Shown: piece after piece, positions 41,322 to 51,200 of the stretch
Position numbering within the stretch: position 1 is the first letter of the stretch
How the letters are laid out: every line of letters starts with the position of its first letter
Assembly: GCA_011364925.1 (NCBI GenBank)
Contig: RDOA01000009.1
Location: 32,001-96,000 of the forward strand
DNA from: Promethearchaeota archaeon
GTDB lineage: Archaea > Asgardarchaeota > Lokiarchaeia > Sigyniarchaeales > SOKP01
DNA length: 64,000 bases
Direction of reading: 5' to 3'
Translations under genes and position numbers: made by a program
The notes under the pieces: model-generated
Database searches by the model: none
Seen by the model: only the letters and a program-made list of their open reading frames with translations
What the model was told of the DNA's origin: nothing

Positions 41322-42629
41322 TTAAAGTTTGATGGAGAATGGGAATTCTTTAGCTTCTTCTATTTTGTTTTGGTCAGGATCGACAAATTTTATGTATACT
41401 TTAATTATGTAATCTCCTGCTTCTAATGGTTTAAGGTTTATTTCCCATTTCAAATCTTCATTAGTTCTTAATGAATATATCTGTTTTTTAGTGGTACCTC
41501 TCATAACTTTTAAATTCTCGGGGAATTCGACATCAATATCTACATCTAACGCTTCCCCTTCGCTTTGGTTTTCAATTAGAATCTCCAAAGGAAATGTTTG
41601 ATCAATAAGAGGAGGTCTTAAATTTTTAATAGAAGCTAATAGTGTAGCAGGAGGGGAAACTAACTGAGGTACTACTGATTGAGTTTCATATGTAAAGATG
41701 AGGTTTTTGTCTAAATCGCAAGTAAACAAAATAGGTCCAATGAACGGATTTTCAATTTGGAAATGAGGTTTAATTATAAATTCTAAACTGGAAACATTTC
41801 CCACATCAAGAGTTAAAGGAACTTGTGGTTTTTTACTCGTAGTCAAGTTATCTGAAAGGTTAACTGTTATTTTATTTATATTAAACTCGCTATATTCAAA
41901 CTGATAATAAGGATCATTTAGGATCGTTGATAAGCCTGTGATATCAAAATTGAGAGTAAGGTTTATTAGTTCATTAGTGTTATATTGGTCTTTATCTAGT
42001 TTAAATGTTGAGTTAGTTAACAGTTGAACATTTATTAGGAGTAGCACATATTTTAATAGTTTTACTTCAGCGTCCCTAAATTTGTAATGGGTCATATTCT
42101 CTTTAATTTTATCAATGTATTTGATTTGTTTATCCCGAAGAGAAAGGGTAATTTCAGAAACTAGCTGTATTAATGAGCTTTCCTTGAAAAAATCTTTATC
42201 GACCTTTCTTTGAATCTTCTTTATATTCTCTAAACCTTCCTCAGGATTACCCTTAAGAAATGAACATAAATAGGATAATACTGAAAAGAGAATGCTATTA
42301 TAACTTCGTTCTCCTTCATTTTTTAGCTTCGGAACATACTCTAACACTTCTTTATAAACTTCGTTAGCTGCTAAAAATTCATCTGCATAAATACAAGCTT
42401 CCCCAGATTGCCTAAATAGCTCAATAGTAGTATCATATCTCTCCAATTCCATAAACATTTTAGCAGCATTGATAAAACTGTTCCTAGCCTCTTCAAATTC
42501 CTCTAATTTCAGCAGAATATTTCCAGCTAAGTGATAATTTTTACCAGCTTTTTTAAATTGTCTTGCTTTGAACAGTTGGTCAGCTTTTAGTATTTGCTTT
42601 TCAGCTTGTTCTCTTTGGTCTTTTCCCAT
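41322..42629 (-). CDS. TPR/SNAP-like solenoid plus C-terminal Ig-like beta-sandwich protein
   Basis: KAGKNYHLAGNILLKLEEFEEARNSFINAA helical repeats; IENQSEGEALDV...PLEAGDYIIKV. Confidence 0.6.
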   Translation of the reverse strand: MGKDQREQAEKQILKADQLFKARQFKKAGKNYHLAGNILLKLEEFEEARNSFINAAKMFMELERYDTTIELFRQSGEACIYADEFLAANEVYKEVLEYVPKLKNEGERSYNSILFSVLSYLCSFLKGNPEEGLENIKKIQRKVDKDFFKESSLIQLVSEITLSLRDKQIKYIDKIKENMTHYKFRDAEVKLLKYVLLLINVQLLTNSTFKLDKDQYNTNELINLTLNFDITGLSTILNDPYYQFEYSEFNINKITVNLSDNLTTSKKPQVPLTLDVGNVSSLEFIIKPHFQIENPFIGPILFTCDLDKNLIFTYETQSVVPQLVSPPATLLASIKNLRPPLIDQTFPLEILIENQSEGEALDVDIDVEFPENLKVMRGTTKKQIYSLRTNEDLKWEINLKPLEAGDYIIKVYIKFVDPDQNKIEEAKEFPFSIKL

Positions 42630-42738
42630 TTAAAATCCCAATAATTTTAATTTAAATTTATGAATTAAATTACACATTAAAAATTACGCCTAATTAATGA
42701 GAAAAAAGAAAAAAAAAGACAAATTTAATTTATTTTGT

Positions 42739-43395
42739 TTATAAAGCTAAAACCATTAGTACAAATGCTATTAAAATGAGTATTCCTCCAAATCCAGCTA
42801 ATCCAATAAAACCTACCGCAAATGGCGATATCCAAGTAAAGATAACAAAACCTATTAATAGGACTACCCACCATGAGTAATTAATTACCTTCAAATCTAC
42901 GAAATCAAATAAAACGATAATCAAAAGTATTAAAAGAATTAATCCAATAACGCCATTAACGATAAGAAGAGCATTTCCAGAGAGGAAAAGTAAAAAGCAC
43001 TCATAAACCGAAAAGCCAATACCGATTAGTAGTACTATTTTTGAAGCTTTATATGGTTTCTTTTGCATAAATAATTCAACAAATGCCGCTATTAACAACA
43101 ATATTCCAGCAAAATAACCACCACCAAAGAAGTAGGCAAATATAATCAATATAGCTCCAAAGATAAGGATTAGCCACCATTGATATGGAATTTTTAAAGG
43201 CCCAAAACTAATCAATTCTAATGTAAGAAAGATTAAGAACGCAATGACTAAGCAAAGTATCCCCCAGAGTATATTAAGACCGAAACCACCTAGTGGCGCA
43301 TAGAAATATGTTATAGCCATAAAAATTGTATAAAGCATCCCTATAAACACAAGCAATTTTGGAGCTGAAATTTTTTCTGTTGACAATTCATTCAT
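42739..43395 (-). CDS. Integral membrane protein with internal duplication
   Basis: About 8 TM segments; two halves each with KIPYQWW / KVINYSWW. Confidence 0.7.
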   Translation of the reverse strand: MNELSTEKISAPKLLVFIGMLYTIFMAITYFYAPLGGFGLNILWGILCLVIAFLIFLTLELISFGPLKIPYQWWLILIFGAILIIFAYFFGGGYFAGILLLIAAFVELFMQKKPYKASKIVLLIGIGFSVYECFLLFLSGNALLIVNGVIGLILLILLIIVLFDFVDLKVINYSWWVVLLIGFVIFTWISPFAVGFIGLAGFGGILILIAFVLMVLAL

Positions 43396-43560
43396 TTTTT
43401 TTCACTTTTTTTAAATTCTTCTAAATTTTAATTTAGAATTAGAAATTAAATAGGATCGTGAATTTAAAAAGATTTACAGATTACTTAAGATATTATTAAT
43501 AGGAGTTCAAAACTCTTATTAAAAAATAAAATTTTAAAAATTAGAGATTAAAATTTTTTT

Positions 43561-43627
43561 CCGAAACCATCACATAATGGGTTGTCTTCTCGCGACTATT
43601 ATTTCTTCGCGAAAATCATTCTTTCGG
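43561..43627 (-). promoter_or_regulatory. Eukaryote-like SECIS element
   Basis: Minus strand reads CCGAAA-GA-ATGA-TTTTCGCGA-AGAAATAATAG-TCGCGAGAA-GA-...-TTTCGG: helix I 6 bp, AUGA/GA core, helix II 9 bp, A-rich apical loop; lies directly 3' of two UGA-containing genes. Confidence 0.85.
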
Positions 43628-44104
43628 TTTAATTTTTTTTGCTTTTTCATCAGAATCTTTTTTCTCATTTATTAAGGATTCTTTAATGGGATTGGTGCCT
43701 AGATTTTCTATTAATTCAGTAACCCTGGTAACTTCTTCTTGAAATCTCTGGCCCTCAGCAGCACTACAGTTAAACATTTGGATTCTTTCAGGAGCTACTC
43801 CGGCAGTTTTTAAAATTTCTCGAGTGTATTCAACATTTTTTGCTGCTACTAAATTACCAGTTTCATAATCGCATTCTCCTTCGTATCATCCTGCAACGAC
43901 TACTCCATCTGCGCCCTTTCCAATCGCCCTCATCATTAAACTGGGGGTAACCCTCCCAGTACAGTTAATTCGCACAGGTCTAATAGACGCAGGATATTGA
44001 GCGCGTATTGTTCCAGCCATATCCCCAGCACCATAACCTCATTTCCAACACATAAAAGCTATTATCTTTACCTGGTCTTTTGTTTTTGCTACTATAATTT
44101 TCAC
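43616..44104 (-). CDS. mvhD: MvhD/VhuD/FlpD [2Fe-2S] subunit, selenoprotein with 2 Sec (absent from the ORF track)
   Basis: FMCWK-U-GYGAGD (TGA 44041-44039), RINCTGRV, GADGVVVAG-U-YEGECDYETGN (TGA 43888-43886), PERI...SAAEG; start is GTG 44104 or ATA 44095. Confidence 0.92.
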
Positions 44105-44108
44105 CTCT

Positions 44109-46085
44109 CTATATCTCTTCCAATATCGCGTCTATCTGTTTTTCGTATTGAGGTTCACGATAATATCTTAAAGTAATTGCTTCTGAGGGGCAATTAGCCA
44201 AACAAGCACCACAACCTCTACAAAGGATATCGTTAACTTCTGCGCCATCCGATTCGACAGTAATCGCACCATATGGGCAGTTGAGCTGACACAATCCACA
44301 CTTTGCGCATCTTTCGTTATCAACAGTTGCACGAATTAGGAGAATCCTATATTTATCCTTTGTCATTAACCTTGCCAAAGACGACGCAGCGGCTCTTCCT
44401 TGCGCTATTGACTCTGAAATTGATTTTGGTCCTTGAGATACACCAGCTAGCACAATTCCAGGGATTTTTGTATCGATTGGATTCAATCGCGAATGATATT
44501 CCTTGAAAAATCCATCATGACTTTTCTCTAGTTTCAGAATATTGGACAAACCCTCAATCCCTTTAGCGGGTACCATAGCGCTAGATAAAACTACCAAATC
44601 AAATTCAAATTCTTTTAATCCCGTAGTACCTACGGTGTTTTGTAATCTTACTTTAAGGTTATGGGTTTCGGGGTCTTCATAAATTCTGGATACATTAGTT
44701 CGTATGTATTTTATTCCCTCTTTTCTAGATGCTGTAAAATATTCCTCGTAATCTTTCCCCGCAGCTCTTATATCCATGTAGGCTACGGAAACATCAATAT
44801 CGGGAGAGTGTTGTTTAATGAGCTTTGTATTCTTTACTGAGATCATACAACACACTCCAGCACTACAGTAAGTTTGCCTGGTTAAATCTCTTGATCCTAC
44901 ACATTGAATAAATAGAACGCTTTTAGGCTCTTTTCCATCAGAAGGTCGCTTTAGGTGTCCTATTGTAGGTCCATTAGGTGCTAATATTCTCTCCAGTTTT
45001 AACTGTGTTATAACATTAGGGTAAACATTGTAACCTAAATAACCTGTCTCTGGTTCGTATTCATCCCATCCTGTTGCAACTACTATAGAACCAACCTCAA
45101 TTTCTAAGATTTCATCTTTTTGGTCAAAATCTATCGCGTCTACTTCGCAAGCTTTTTCACATAATCCACATTTGATACACTTGGTCATGTCGATTTGAGC
45201 TATCATTGGAACTGCTTGTGCAAATGAAGCATATATAGCTTTTCTGGGATTCAAACCTTCGTTAAATTCATTGTATCCATAAGCTGGGCAGACTTCCCAA
45301 CACGCTCCACAGCCATTGCAGTCATTGTTAACATATCTTGCTTTTTTTCTGATTTTAACCTTAAAATTCCCAACAAATCCAGTTACTTCTTCAACTTCAC
45401 TATAGGTATGCAGATTCAATCCAGGAGTTCTAGCAGTTTGGAGCATAACCGGACCGAGAATTCATATACTGCAATCGTCTGTTGGGAATGTACGATCTAA
45501 CATAGCCATCTTTCCGCCAATCGTGGGTTTTTTCTCTACTAAATGTACCTCAAAACCTTCTTCTGCTAAATCTATTCCTGCAGATAATCCTGCGACTCCC
45601 CCACCAATAATTAGAGCCTTTTTTGTTATATCTACTTCTTTGATTAAGATTTTCTCTAAAGTAGCAGCTCGAGCTACTCCGGCACGGATAGCGTCTTCTG
45701 CCGTTTTTTGTGCTCCAGGTTTATCATTTCTGTGGACAAAACTCGAATGCTCGCGGATATTCACGAATTCTAAGTATGACGGATCTAAATTCATCGACTC
45801 TAGCACGCTTTTAAATACTGGTTCGTGAGTTTTTGGAGTGCATGATGCCATTAGTAATCGATTTGCATTAAATTCGATCATCTTTTCTTTTATAAACTCA
45901 GCACCAGACTGTGTTCATAGAGAAATATAATCTATCGCTTCTACAACATTAGGCAGTTTTTTGGCATATTCTGATAATACTTTTGTATCTATGATTTCAG
46001 CGATGTTAAGTCCTCACTGGCAAATAGTAACTAAGATTCTGATGTCATCACTTTCAGTCATAACTTCCTCTTTAGTTTCTACCAT
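44109..46085 (-). CDS. hdrA: Heterodisulfide reductase subunit A, selenoprotein with 3 Sec (658 aa)
   Basis: One frame from ATG 46085 with TGA at 46016-46014 (ICQ-U-GLNI), 45917-45915 (YISL-U-TQSG) and 45464-45462 (DDCSI-U-ILGP), all at conserved HdrA Cys sites; joins track ORFs 45462..45881 and 44109..45446. Confidence 0.93.
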
Positions 46086-46291
46086 TGCATGTCCTTCCTT
46101 TCTAATTTTTTAAGTTCCTCCTAAATATTCAAATCTAATTATTACAGTTCTAAATGATTATTTCTAATTTAAAATAACTGATTAAAAAAATAACTTTAAA
46201 ACAATCTTTTTTTATATAAGTTTTATAATTAATTGAATTAAAAATATTCGTTAATCGTTTATAATCGAATTATCACGGTTATTGATATAAA

Positions 46292-46717
46292 ATGATATTA
46301 ACTTTTTTCCAGATGGGAAATTTTAAAATAGACGAATATCTCCCTATCATAATGATTGCTGCATTTGCTGTAGGAGATATATTATTGCTTAAGCTTGGGT
46401 TAGTAATAACTAAAGCGCAGAAAAGAAAACGCATGAAATGGGTTGCGGGAAGTTTTGCAATTCAATTTGGAGTAGTTTTTGCTATAAGTTCTCCTTTGTT
46501 TTTACTTGGCATTATAGGTGCTTTCAAAGGGGGGCCTCCTCCTGTAGGGTTAGCTTCTATCGTTTTCATTTCAGCTTTTATTGATCTTAACATAATTAAC
46601 ATTTTACATCAGATTGGATTAAAACGCTCACTAGTAGTGGTGATATTTACATTTGCTCCAATATTTCTGATGATGGTAGTTTTTGGGATGTATGTATCAA
46701 GCTTTTTTCATTATTAA
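46292..46717 (+). CDS. Hypothetical membrane protein
   Basis: About 4 hydrophobic helices. Confidence 0.65.
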   Translation: MILTFFQMGNFKIDEYLPIIMIAAFAVGDILLLKLGLVITKAQKRKRMKWVAGSFAIQFGVVFAISSPLFLLGIIGAFKGGPPPVGLASIVFISAFIDLNIINILHQIGLKRSLVVVIFTFAPIFLMMVVFGMYVSSFFHY

Positions 46718-47643
46718 GTATTGTCTAAGTTAATCACTTTATTTATTTCCTTATTCATTTCAGAGATTTTGTCTCTAGCAGCTTCACCGAATTTGTTCGC
46801 AGAGTATTTGCCGTTTTTAGAATAAGCATACATTATTCCTCTAGAGGAATTAACAATTGCTCCCAAGCCATCCTCATAAAATCCATTTTTTGTCTCTTTT
46901 GCCGTAGCACCCTGAGCTCCAAAACCAGGTATTAGAATATAAGAATTCTTGACTATGTTTCTTATAGACTTTAGTTCATCTGGGAAAGTGGCGCCTACAA
47001 CGACACCTAAATTGTGAAAATTTGATACTTGCGTTAACTCTTCCCCCCATTTAGATACAAGTCTTGCCATTTTTATGTAATTTCTTTCTAAAGTAGCATT
47101 TTCCACGCTAACTTCGATCTTAGAATCTGGTATTCCTAATATTTCAGTACTAAAAAGGTTTTGAAAGTCATTACTGCTAGGATTTGATGTTTTAACTAAA
47201 ACGAATAAACCTTTTTCTTTAAATTCTAAAAATGGTTTTACTCCATCAATTCCAAGATATGCGTTTATAGTACACGCATCAGCGTTTAAAACTTTAAAAA
47301 TAGAATAAGCATATGCCTCTGAAGTCGTCCCGATATCGTTTCTTTTGCAGTCTAAAATAACTAATAAATCCTTTTTGTGAGCATATTTTATAGTTTCTTT
47401 TAAAGCGTCGAAAGCTTCATATTTCTCGTAAAATGCTATTTGAGGTTTTATAACAGAGATTATATCATATGTATTATCAATAAGAGTTTTATTAAATTCA
47501 AGAATAATTTCATTGGGGTCATCATATTCGTCGATTAAAAATTGTGGAATTTCCCCTTCTTTATCTAATCTGGGATCCAATCCCATGGATACAACGCTAT
47601 GTTTATCCTTAATTGATTGAATTAAATCTCTAATAAAATTCAT
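46714..47643 (-). CDS. pyrF: Orotidine-5'-phosphate decarboxylase
   Basis: GLDP, KPQIAFYE, DCKRNDIGTT, KTSNP, GVVVGAT, LIPGFGAQG, NSSRGI. Confidence 0.95.
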   Translation of the reverse strand: MNFIRDLIQSIKDKHSVVSMGLDPRLDKEGEIPQFLIDEYDDPNEIILEFNKTLIDNTYDIISVIKPQIAFYEKYEAFDALKETIKYAHKKDLLVILDCKRNDIGTTSEAYAYSIFKVLNADACTINAYLGIDGVKPFLEFKEKGLFVLVKTSNPSSNDFQNLFSTEILGIPDSKIEVSVENATLERNYIKMARLVSKWGEELTQVSNFHNLGVVVGATFPDELKSIRNIVKNSYILIPGFGAQGATAKETKNGFYEDGLGAIVNSSRGIMYAYSKNGKYSANKFGEAARDKISEMNKEINKVINLDNT

Positions 47644-47805
47644 GATTTAATATTAAGATTAGTTCTTGTTTTCTAATATTTTAAAGGACTCTTTATGTAT
47701 ATATCTTTTTCTTAGAAACTCTTATTGTGAAGCTTTCTTTAACTGTGGATTTCGCACTTTTATTTGAATAATTTACTAAACCATACAATATAGAAAATTA
47801 ATTAC

Positions 47806-49236
47806 CTATTTTTCCCGATAAAAAGTTTCTTTCCCTCGAACCATTGAGATTAAGGCTCCAAATATACAAATTATTGCGGATACTATAAAAGCAGTATGCA
47901 TTCCCATTTCAAAACTAGCTTTTATTGAGGAGGTGATTACAATGGTCTGATGAGATAATACGGGATTCAACACATAAGGGGGAATAAATATTGCTAAGAT
48001 AGCACTAAGCAAAGCTATGCTAATTGATTGCCCTATCACCCGCATTGTAGACAGTGTCCCAGAAGCAATTCCTAAATCTCTTTTTTCGACAGATTTCATA
48101 ATAGCAGACTGATTAGGTGAAGAAAATAGTCCAATCCCAAAACCAATAACGGATTGGCTTATAATAATATAAATTATGTTAAGATAAGTAATTATAAACA
48201 CGAGACTGAAAAGCCCTACTGCCATAATACTCAAACCTACAGTACATGGAATTCTTGTTCCTATTTTATCAGACAATCTCCCACTAAATAAGGTAGAAAC
48301 TGCCATTGTTAATGTGGTTGGAACTAAGAAAAATGCTGTTATTGCTGGAAATATTCCTAATATAGATTGCAGATAAATTGATAACAAAAAACTTACCCCC
48401 ATTGTAGCAATATAATTTATTAAAGCAGCAACATTTGCAGCAGCAAAGATCCTGTTTTTTTTAAATAGATTTAAGTTTAGCATAGGATATTTTACCTTTG
48501 TCTCTATAATAATGTAAGAAATAAAACTTATTATTGAAATTATTATAAAACTCAGAATAATCGGAGACATCCACCCAAAAGTATTTGCCAGACTCAAACT
48601 TAAGAGAAATAAAGCTAAAGCAATACCGAAAGCTATGGTTCCTAAAATATCAAATGATTCGTCTTTTAATTTTAATTCTGATTGTTTTAATTTTAAAAAT
48701 CCGATGATAATTAAAATTACACCAATGGGAAGATTGATTGTAAATATGGTTCTCCATGTACCAGTAACTTGTATTAAAAGACCTCCTAATACCGGTCCTA
48801 ATACCAATCCAAGATAAATAGATGCAACATATATTCCTAATGCTTTGCCCGTTTCTTGATGGGGAAACACTTCAGTTATCATTGAAGCGGAAATCGCAGC
48901 TATAAATGCACTGCCCGTTCCTTGAATCGCACGAAATATGATAACCATCTCTCCAGATGTAGATAACATACATAAGAAACTTGAAAATGTAAATAGGATA
49001 ATACCTAATAAAAAAAAGTTTTTTCTTCCACGAATATCTGATAATCTCCCAAATGCTATTAAAGTAACAGCCATAACCAAAAGATAAACAATCGGTATCC
49101 ATTGAACAATTTCAAAAGAAGTTTTTAAATCTTTAGAAAGCGCGGGAATTGCAATATTTAAAATACTCCCGTCTAAAGAAGTCATAAAAGAACCTACTGT
49201 AGTGACTCCTAATACGGTCCATTTGTATTTTACCAT
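47806..49236 (-). CDS. MFS transporter, DHA2 (EmrB/QacA-like)
   Basis: LDGSILNIAIP, GRLSDIRGRK, GPVLGG, WRTIFTINLPIG; about 14 TM segments. Confidence 0.88.
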   Translation of the reverse strand: MVKYKWTVLGVTTVGSFMTSLDGSILNIAIPALSKDLKTSFEIVQWIPIVYLLVMAVTLIAFGRLSDIRGRKNFFLLGIILFTFSSFLCMLSTSGEMVIIFRAIQGTGSAFIAAISASMITEVFPHQETGKALGIYVASIYLGLVLGPVLGGLLIQVTGTWRTIFTINLPIGVILIIIGFLKLKQSELKLKDESFDILGTIAFGIALALFLLSLSLANTFGWMSPIILSFIIISIISFISYIIIETKVKYPMLNLNLFKKNRIFAAANVAALINYIATMGVSFLLSIYLQSILGIFPAITAFFLVPTTLTMAVSTLFSGRLSDKIGTRIPCTVGLSIMAVGLFSLVFIITYLNIIYIIISQSVIGFGIGLFSSPNQSAIMKSVEKRDLGIASGTLSTMRVIGQSISIALLSAILAIFIPPYVLNPVLSHQTIVITSSIKASFEMGMHTAFIVSAIICIFGALISMVRGKETFYREK

Positions 49237-49379
49237 AGTAAATACTCCAATTTCATTTTTTTATATCATTTTGATCCTATAATTATATCTAAAAGTAAAA
49301 TTTGGAGTTATTAAAAAATTAAGATTTAAAAATAAAAGCAAAAATCAAAGAAATACTAAAAAAATATCAAAGTTTAAAT

Positions 49380-49982
49380 TTAGACTCTTAACGAGCCACG
49401 GAATCCCCTAGCGCTATAGAAAGAGGGTGCGCTGTTATGATATATGAATACATGATCGTAGCGGCGATCAGCAAAGATGGCGCCACCAAGTTTTCTAATA
49501 TCAGAAGGTGTTTTCACCCAGCTCGATGTCTTCATATCAAAATTCCCAAGTTTCTGCAACTCTCGATATTGTTCTTCTGTTAAAAGCTCAATGCCCATTG
49601 CAGCTGCCATATCAATAGCATTACCTGCTGGATGAATCCCTTTCTTTTCCCTCGCCTCCTGTCCTTCACGGTCGTAACAAACATTTCTACGGTCTTTAGG
49701 ACTTTCCGCTGAGCAATCATAAAAAATGTATTCACTCGTCTTTTTATCATGGCCAACAACATCCGGTTCACCACCAGTTCTTTCCATTTCATTGAGTGAC
49801 CACAGTTTATCTGTATTGGCTTCCAGCTTTGTTTGTATTTCAGCCCATTTAAGACTTTTATGGCGGTCCATGTTTTTCTCAAAACGAGCTTTCAATGCTC
49901 TGAGTAGTTTTTCATGTTGTTCTGTTGACAACTCTTTTTTGAATGCAGTAATTGACGATTTAGGCATAATCATCGTATTCAT
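49380..49982 (-). CDS. DUF4256-like protein of bacterial type
   Basis: RFEKNMDRH, MERTGGEPDVV, DCSAESP, KTSSWVKTP, YHNSAPSFYSARGFRG. Confidence 0.75.
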   Translation of the reverse strand: MNTMIMPKSSITAFKKELSTEQHEKLLRALKARFEKNMDRHKSLKWAEIQTKLEANTDKLWSLNEMERTGGEPDVVGHDKKTSEYIFYDCSAESPKDRRNVCYDREGQEAREKKGIHPAGNAIDMAAAMGIELLTEEQYRELQKLGNFDMKTSSWVKTPSDIRKLGGAIFADRRYDHVFIYHNSAPSFYSARGFRGSLRV

Positions 49983-50118
49983 CTTGAATATATAAAATTA
50001 TCTAGGCATGGAAGGACATTTTTAGTCCTAATTGCTGTGAAAAATTAGAGAACATCGGACTTTATTTCCACTAAATTAAAAAAAAAATAGAATATTTTTG
50101 ATACAATAAATGTTCTAA

Positions 50119-51087
50119 CTAATCATTATTTTTGTTACCTTTTCCGGATCTTATTTCGCGGATTCCTTCCTTAACTTTTTTTATCGTAATTCCTTTAAGT
50201 TTAATGAATCGAAGGATATATATGACAGTAGAGATTATAATGCCCACAAGGTAAAAGATTTGAATAGTCCAAAAGAGAGGTTCTATAGATAAAAAGAATA
50301 CTAGTTTAAATATGTATGATAAGCACGAGATCGTAGCGATCCAAATCATCGAAATAAGTAATGCGATTCTTTCGTAGAACTTTGGTTCTCCTTTATCAAA
50401 AACAAATATTTTAAGCCAAAAAACAATACAAACAAAAGCCACAGGCGTAAAAATAAGAGATCCTATAGCAATCGGTATAAGCATATATACTGCAAATCTG
50501 TTTCTCCAAATATCAAGAACATCTCTTAATGACATTTGATCTTGAATTTGAACCTTCGCGTACTTTTTTCTCATGCTGAAGTACCCTTTCTTAATTTTTC
50601 TTCCTATTTCTTTTGCTCCTCTTTTTGCACGATTAAATATTCCTGCATCTGTGGCCTCCTGAAATTCTTCTTTAATTAAAGGAATAATGTATAATGTTAG
50701 TGCAAATGAAATAATACCATAAAGAAATACAATAAGATCGATCCAATATTGTATACCCGTGGGAGACGTAGAAGGTGGTAAGTTTGAAATTATACTATAA
50801 ATTGCGTATCCTATGAAAATTACCGGAATAATCAATTGTATTACTATAAGAACCTGAATATCTTTTTTATTGAATTTTTCTGTAAAACGATTAAGAATCC
50901 ATAAAATAGCATTTGAAACTGTTAATATCAAACCAAATCCGGAAATGAGCTTCATTGCCCAAAAGAAAATCAAGTAACTAAGATTCAATGCGACAAATCC
51001 AAAAATGAACTCAAGAGCCATGAAAATAGCAGTTCCGACTAAACCAATTATATAGAAAATATCAAATTGTTTGAGATTTAGATTCAT
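50119..51087 (-). CDS. Hypothetical integral membrane protein
   Basis: 7-8 TM segments with a basic central loop. Confidence 0.7.
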   Translation of the reverse strand: MNLNLKQFDIFYIIGLVGTAIFMALEFIFGFVALNLSYLIFFWAMKLISGFGLILTVSNAILWILNRFTEKFNKKDIQVLIVIQLIIPVIFIGYAIYSIISNLPPSTSPTGIQYWIDLIVFLYGIISFALTLYIIPLIKEEFQEATDAGIFNRAKRGAKEIGRKIKKGYFSMRKKYAKVQIQDQMSLRDVLDIWRNRFAVYMLIPIAIGSLIFTPVAFVCIVFWLKIFVFDKGEPKFYERIALLISMIWIATISCLSYIFKLVFFLSIEPLFWTIQIFYLVGIIISTVIYILRFIKLKGITIKKVKEGIREIRSGKGNKNND

Positions 51088-51200
51088 AAATAAAATGAAT
51101 TATTCTAAATCTTAATAATGTTCGTGAAGTTACATTTCAGTTTTTTCAAAAAAATAATAGTTTAGCACCTTTTCTTTCATAGATATCAAGATCTTATTAA

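Noticed and set aside
44109-46085. hdrA as a split gene or pseudogene
   Set aside because: All interruptions are in-frame TGA at Cys positions with a downstream SECIS, so recoding explains them better
49580-49995. Alternative-frame and antisense ORFs over DUF4256
   Set aside because: No recognisable motifs; expected by chance in a locally higher-GC gene
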